Assembly (NCBI GenBank): GCA_035400625.1
Contig: DAOMZT010000002.1
Span: 60,001 to 92,000 of the forward strand
Source: an archaeon
GTDB lineage: Archaea > Iainarchaeota > Iainarchaeia > Iainarchaeales > CSSED10-239
DNA: 32,000 nucleotides
Direction of reading: 5' to 3'
The notes under the pieces were generated by a model. That model did not search any database and was not told where the DNA came from. It worked only from the letters and a program-made list of their open reading frames with translations. The position numbers and the translations under genes are program-made. Below, piece by piece: positions 28,130 to 32,000 of this stretch (position 1 is the first letter of the stretch; each line of letters opens with the position of its first letter).

Positions 28130-29617
28130 ATGACCTTACAAAACAAGCAAGAAAAACTATCTTGGCTTCTTGAAAAATCAATTATAAGTCTTACTAAAGA
28201 CAAATCCAAAAACTACGGTCTACTTTTTAGTGGAGGCATTGATTCTTGTCTTCTTGCTCTTCTTCTAAAAAAACAAAAAGTTAAGTTTACTTGCTTTTTT
28301 GCATATGTAAAAAACAATACTGAGCCTAAAGACTTGGCTTTTGCAAAAAAGGCAGCAAAAGAACTTAAATTAAAGCTTGAAATAGTTTCTATAGACAAAA
28401 AAGAAATACCTAACATTCTTCCAGAGATTATTAACATAACTGATAACACTAGTCCAGTTTCTGTAGGTGTTGCAATACCAATCTATCTCTCATGCAAAAA
28501 AGCCAAAGAGAAAAAAACAGATGTCTTGTTGTCTGGTCTTGGTGCTGATGAGCTATTTGCAGGATACAGCAGATTTACTATACAAAATCAAAAACAGGAA
28601 ACCAAAAAATGCCTTGATAATATTCAAAAGGATAATTTAGATAGAGATAAAGCTATTGCAAAATATTTCAAATTAGCAATTAAACACCCATATCTTGATA
28701 AAGCAGTCATTGATTTTGCTTTGTCTTTGCCATCAAGCCTTTTGATTTCTTCAAAACAAAACAAAATAATTTTACGCGAAATTGCAGAAAGCCTAGGGCT
28801 CTCCAAAGAGCTTGTTAAAAGAAAAAAACTTGCATGCCAATATGGCAGTAATTCTGATAAGATACTAGAAAAGCTAGCAAAAGAAAAAAAATATAAAACA
28901 AAAACAGAATATCTTTCTTCTTTTAGAAAAGAAAAAGTAGGTGTGCTTTTCTCAGGTGGAAAAGACTCTAATCTTTCATTATGGCTTGCACAAAAGGCAG
29001 GAAAAGAAATTTCTTGTCTTCTCTCTATGATCCCTGAAAATGTAGATTCATATATGTTTCAAACACCAGAAGTTAATTTTCTCAAAATGCAGGCTTTTGC
29101 TTTAGATATGCCTCTACTAATTACAAAAACAAAAGGCGAAAAGGAAAAAGAACTTGTTGATCTTAAACAGGCAATTGTCTTTGCTAAAGCAAAGTTTGGA
29201 TTAACAGGAATTGTTGCTGGAACCCTTTATAGTAATTATCAGAAAGACAGAATTGAAAAGATATGTAAAGAATTAGATTTAAATCTGATTACTCCTCTTT
29301 GGCATGTGAAAGAAGAAGAGGAGATAAGATTGCTTTTAGATAATGACTTTATGTTTGTTATATGTAAAATTGCAGCTTTTGGCTTTTCTGAAAAAATGCT
29401 AGGCAAAGTCATTGATTACAAAGATTTAGAGGAGCTTAAAAAACTAAACAAGAAATACCATACAAACATAGCTGGAGAAGGCGGAGAATATGAAACTTTA
29501 GTTCTTGATTCTCCTGTTTTTAAGAAAAGAATTTCAATAATTGAAAGCCAAAAAATAATGAAAAATGAATTTACAGGAAACCTAATAATTAAAAAGATAA
29601 AACTAGAAAAAAAATAA
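28130..29617 (+). CDS. Fusion protein: asparagine-synthetase-type PP-loop domain (no glutaminase domain) plus a diphthine-ammonia ligase (Dph6/MJ0570-type) domain
   Basis: The real start is probably the ATG at 28130 (MTLQNKQ). The upstream part of ORF 27968.. overlaps the divergent gene and starts on a non-ATG codon. The N-terminal half has GLLFSGGIDSCLLALLL and LLSGLGADELFAGYSRF, which are AsnB C-domain motifs. The C-terminal half from ~28931 has VGVLFSGGKDSN, SYMFQTP, GIVAGTLYSNYQKDRIEKICKELDL and AGEGGEYETLVLDSPVF. This is near-collinear with archaeal MJ0570/PH1257-type proteins as I remember them. Confidence 0.75.
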   Translation: MTLQNKQEKLSWLLEKSIISLTKDKSKNYGLLFSGGIDSCLLALLLKKQKVKFTCFFAYVKNNTEPKDLAFAKKAAKELKLKLEIVSIDKKEIPNILPEIINITDNTSPVSVGVAIPIYLSCKKAKEKKTDVLLSGLGADELFAGYSRFTIQNQKQETKKCLDNIQKDNLDRDKAIAKYFKLAIKHPYLDKAVIDFALSLPSSLLISSKQNKIILREIAESLGLSKELVKRKKLACQYGSNSDKILEKLAKEKKYKTKTEYLSSFRKEKVGVLFSGGKDSNLSLWLAQKAGKEISCLLSMIPENVDSYMFQTPEVNFLKMQAFALDMPLLITKTKGEKEKELVDLKQAIVFAKAKFGLTGIVAGTLYSNYQKDRIEKICKELDLNLITPLWHVKEEEEIRLLLDNDFMFVICKIAAFGFSEKMLGKVIDYKDLEELKKLNKKYHTNIAGEGGEYETLVLDSPVFKKRISIIESQKIMKNEFTGNLIIKKIKLEKK

Positions 29618-29618
29618 A

Positions 29619-29627
29619 TTTATAAAC
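29619..29627 (+). promoter_or_regulatory. TATA-like box (TTTATAAAC) about 29 nt upstream of the ATG at 29652
   Basis: The spacing from the box centre to the start codon fits an archaeal leaderless or near-leaderless transcript. No Shine-Dalgarno motif lies in between. Confidence 0.35.
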
Positions 29628-29651
29628 TATTTGAGATTAATTTGATAGAAT

Positions 29652-30461
29652 ATGGCAGCAATTTTAGCACACATGCAATTGGTAAGGGATATTGTTAAAG
29701 AAAATCCAAAACTTTTCTCAAAATCTGATTTGAGATATCTATTACAGGGTGCTACTTATCCAGATGTCTATTATATTACTGGCCTTAGAAGCATAACTAA
29801 AAAACCAAATTTTAGTAAATTTGTGCATGAAACTATGGATGAGGATTATAGTTTTGCAAAATTAGTGCTGGAGAAAGCAAAAAACAAACCAGAAAAACTT
29901 TTTGCCATAGGCTTTATATCTCATTTTATTCTTGATAAACATATTCATGATTATATTAATAGTACTGAACTAGGGAATAATGTAAAACATCTGGTTTCAG
30001 AATATTATCTAGACACTAAATTTAAAAATCAAAAAATACCTACCCCAAGATATCCTTTAAAGCTGATTAGAACTTGTGTTAAAAAATATTATCCAAAAGA
30101 TTATGATACATTTAAAAAAAGAATTAAATTATCAATAAACAGCTTAATTTTCTATGATTTAGTAAATAGATTTATAATTAAGAAAATAGTAAATGCTAGA
30201 TACAGAAAAGAAAAATATAAAACAAAGCTATCTATTCTTAATGTTCCTTTTAAAATTGCAAGGCTATCTAAACATCAAAAATTAGGGTATGATTATAAAG
30301 CACTATTAAACCCTGATATTTCTATTAAAAAGAAACATACAGAAAAAATGTATAAAATATATCTAAAAGCAAAAGAAGAGTTTATAGATTTTGTAATTGA
30401 TTATGAGCTTCATATCTCTGACTATACTTCTAAGCAAAAGAAAATTGTAGATTTCAAATAA
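29652..30461 (+). CDS. Hypothetical protein, possibly of the zinc-dependent phospholipase C-like family
   Basis: His/Asp pattern near the N-terminus (ILAHMQL), then GATYPDVYY and GFISHFILDKHIHDY. This resembles proteins usually annotated as zinc-dependent phospholipase C family. The assignment is from memory only. Confidence 0.35.
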   Translation: MAAILAHMQLVRDIVKENPKLFSKSDLRYLLQGATYPDVYYITGLRSITKKPNFSKFVHETMDEDYSFAKLVLEKAKNKPEKLFAIGFISHFILDKHIHDYINSTELGNNVKHLVSEYYLDTKFKNQKIPTPRYPLKLIRTCVKKYYPKDYDTFKKRIKLSINSLIFYDLVNRFIIKKIVNARYRKEKYKTKLSILNVPFKIARLSKHQKLGYDYKALLNPDISIKKKHTEKMYKIYLKAKEEFIDFVIDYELHISDYTSKQKKIVDFK

Positions 30462-30479
30462 GGAAAATGATTTTTTAGA

Positions 30480-30830
30480 TTAGATGACTTTTATTGTAAC
30501 AATTGTTTCTGTTTTATCATCTATGACATTATAATCGTTATTATGTTCTCCAACTCTTATTTTTATTTTTTTGGTTCCTGGGTATGTGCCTGCCACAGGA
30601 AAAATATGATATCTTAGTTCTTTTACTTGCCCTGGACCAAACTCTCCAATTCTTTTGTAGTCTGTATTTACAGGTTTAACAGAATTAAAACTTATGTCTT
30701 CATCTATAACTATATCAATACTTAGCAGTCTTTTATTCTGGCCATTTGTCAATTTTATATAAAATTCTAAAGGCTCTTTACTTTTAGAATCTAATCTATA
30801 CGGGAAAGTTCTAGTATTTATTCCAATCAT
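30480..30830 (-). CDS. Hypothetical 116-aa protein (beta-rich by composition)
   Basis: A clean ORF with an ATG start. I recognise no motif. Confidence 0.4.
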   Translation of the reverse strand: MIGINTRTFPYRLDSKSKEPLEFYIKLTNGQNKRLLSIDIVIDEDISFNSVKPVNTDYKRIGEFGPGQVKELRYHIFPVAGTYPGTKKIKIRVGEHNNDYNVIDDKTETIVTIKVI

Positions 30831-30892
30831 CTTTTTAAATCACCATTTATAATAATACAATAGACAAAAGAAATTATAAATGTTATCTTAAA

Positions 30893-31177
30893 TTATTTTC
30901 TTTTATAAACATTATCTCTATGTTCAAAATCAAGAAATATAATGTGATTCTTTTCTTTTTTTACAGAAAATAACAGAACAAAATTGTTTCTTATATGCAC
31001 TCTTTTTTTATCTGAATAATCATATTTTAAATTTTTATAATGTTCTATATTAATTTCATCAGAATTGATTATTTCTCTAATCTTTCTATATAACTCTTCT
31101 GCTAGCTTTTTATCTTTTTTATTAAGCTTTGCAATAATTTTCTTTAAATTGTCTGTAAATTCGAATGTAAATGTCAT
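30893..31177 (-). CDS. RelE/ParE-family type II toxin candidate
   Basis: The ORF top codon (31186) is TTG, and the ATG at 31177 gives MTFTFEFTDNLKKIIAKLNKKDKKLAEELYRKIREI. The rest follows the family layout (KNLKY....KRVHIRNNFVLLFSVKKEKNHIIFLDFEHRDNVY), about 94 aa in total. Confidence 0.55.
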   Translation of the reverse strand: MTFTFEFTDNLKKIIAKLNKKDKKLAEELYRKIREIINSDEINIEHYKNLKYDYSDKKRVHIRNNFVLLFSVKKEKNHIIFLDFEHRDNVYKRK

Positions 31178-31242
31178 AAAATTCAATAGAATTATGAATT
31201 TACTACTTTATATGCTTTTTGAGGGTAGATGTCCAGTGCGAA

Positions 31243-31524
31243 TTATTTATTAAAAAGCTTATCTAGTTCTTTTTTGCTCATTTTCTTTAGACCATATTTC
31301 TTTAGATGATCTGATTCTAGTTTGCTTATCTTTTCTAGATATTTTGAATCAATCTCTGGCTCAACTTCTGAAACACCATAGATTTCTACAAACTTATTTA
31401 GAGCTTCGCTTTTATCAGTTAAATTATATTTTGCCTTAATCACACCAAGCACTCTATTTGTATAATCTGTTAATTTCACTCTTGCGTGAATAAAATTATC
31501 TTGTGTATTTCGTGTGTATTCCAT
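31243..31524 (-). CDS. Small putative antitoxin or DNA-binding protein upstream of the RelE-like gene
   Basis: 93 aa, ending 65 nt upstream of the RelE-like start on the same strand. The N-terminal half (ARVKLTDYTNRVLGVIKAKYNLTDKSEALNKFVE) looks like a small DNA-binding or antitoxin fold. The family is not confidently recognised. Confidence 0.35.
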   Translation of the reverse strand: MEYTRNTQDNFIHARVKLTDYTNRVLGVIKAKYNLTDKSEALNKFVEIYGVSEVEPEIDSKYLEKISKLESDHLKKYGLKKMSKKELDKLFNK

Positions 31525-31543
31525 ATGTATATTATATACACAT

Positions 31544-32000
31544 CTATTTATATATCTTTTTATTTATTTGTTTGCTTTTGAATTGTTTGCTTATCTTTTC
31601 ATATTCTAAATACCTTTTAATAAGTTCTATTTTTTTAAGATGTTTTTCTTTTTTATATTTATTATATGCAAATTTATAGCATTCTAGTAGGGCTAACAAA
31701 GAACTGATATTTACTTTGTGATTTTGTATTTTTATAGTGTCATAATCTTTATTTTTCAAAAATAAATAGGATTCTTTATTATATATTGGACTAATTCCTA
31801 CAAATTCAACATCTGTTTCTGAAATAATTAAATTTAAATAATTTTTTTCTTTTTTTTCAGAAGGCACAATATATTCTGCAAATATTTTTTTTAATTTTGT
31901 AAAGTCTTTGTAATTTACAAAAAAATCAACATCTTTTGTTTCTTTAATAATTCCTTTAAGTAAAAGGGCAGTTCCGCCAGTTATAAAATAATCAATCTGA
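31544..32000 (-). CDS. Nucleotidyltransferase-fold (Pol-beta superfamily) protein, 5'-truncated by the window edge
   Basis: The listed ORF start (31867) is GTG. The frame stays open upstream to position 32000 and reads ..QIDYFITGGTALLLKGIIKETKDVDFFVNYKDF.., which contains the G-G/S-x(9-13)-D-x-D minimal nucleotidyltransferase motif. Confidence 0.5.
   Translation of the reverse strand, partial: QIDYFITGGTALLLKGIIKETKDVDFFVNYKDFTKLKKIFAEYIVPSEKKEKNYLNLIISETDVEFVGISPIYNKESYLFLKNKDYDTIKIQNHKVNISSLLALLECYKFAYNKYKKEKHLKKIELIKRYLEYEKISKQFKSKQINKKIYK

Noticed and set aside
838-28806. Short ORFs from the six-frame track lying inside or antisense to longer genes (838..1089, 1326..1532, 2830..3018, 3458..3646, 5080..5280, 5483..5668, 7754..8014, 8374..8592, 8501..8713, 9472..9747, 10914..11246, 13055..13282, 15436..15741, 17472..17654, 19073..19348, 20378..20593, 21116..21328, 21865..22062, 22534..22806, 24080..24325, 25213..25398, 26050..26295, 26758..27126, 27440..27712, 28213..28449, 28624..28806, and also 31065..31253)
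   Set aside because: All are embedded in much longer ORFs that have recognisable motifs or clear protein-like composition. Their translations are Phe/Leu/Ile/Lys-rich strings, as expected from reading AT-rich coding DNA out of frame.
1-32000. Scan for tRNA, rRNA, other structured RNAs, CRISPR arrays, IS elements, integrases, and evidence of stop-codon reassignment
   Set aside because: No intergenic region has the G+C-rich, cloverleaf-capable sequence of a tRNA or any rRNA-like stretch. There are no repeat-spacer arrays and no transposase or integrase motifs. All long ORFs are intact under the standard code, so nothing suggests recoding.

Overview
This is a very AT-rich, densely coding fragment with about 30 genes, mostly on the minus strand. 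Lineage markers point to a small-genome (DPANN-type) archaeon rather than a bacterium. Two proteins carry archaeal class III (prepilin-type) signal peptides (MKFTRKG|VSEIITITIIIAITV, MNQKG|ASAILVTSLII). There is a diphthine-ammonia ligase (Dph6/MJ0570-type) domain. TTTATAAA-type TATA-like boxes sit about 25-50 nt upstream of several start codons. Recognisable genes are glmS, corA, a CPA-family cation/proton antiporter, a diadenylate cyclase (DAC) domain protein, a class I SAM methyltransferase, a membrane-anchored thioredoxin-fold protein, two candidate type II toxin-antitoxin pairs, and a 5'-truncated nucleotidyltransferase at the right edge. The standout content is four large Sec-secreted multidomain proteins that carry bacterial-type cell-wall hydrolase modules: NlpC/P60 twice, a CHAP-like papain-fold module twice, an SLT-like motif twice, and one GH73-like module. 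They lie in two minus-strand arrays. Array (i), 2553..12446, runs antiporter, pilin with two CHB_HEX_C glycan-binding-type domains, short pilin, C-terminally anchored surface protein, then two tandem paralogous giant hydrolases. The two hydrolases share a 494-bp perfectly identical tract. Array (ii), 16574..23171, runs a 925-aa GH73-like protein, a 470-aa NlpC/P60 protein, glmS and a DUF5680-like gene. Modules are shuffled between the two loci. I read this as a candidate, undescribed pilus-associated host-cell-wall attachment and breaching system of an episymbiotic archaeon. That reading is inference only. Other oddities are a 751-aa cytoplasmic protein built from about 50 copies of a strict 10-residue repeat with an in-register Cys ladder, a tandem pair of unknown double-anchored membrane paralogs, and an AsnB-like PP-loop domain fused to Dph6. 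I saw no rRNA, tRNA, CRISPR array, transposase, integrase or reverse transcriptase.
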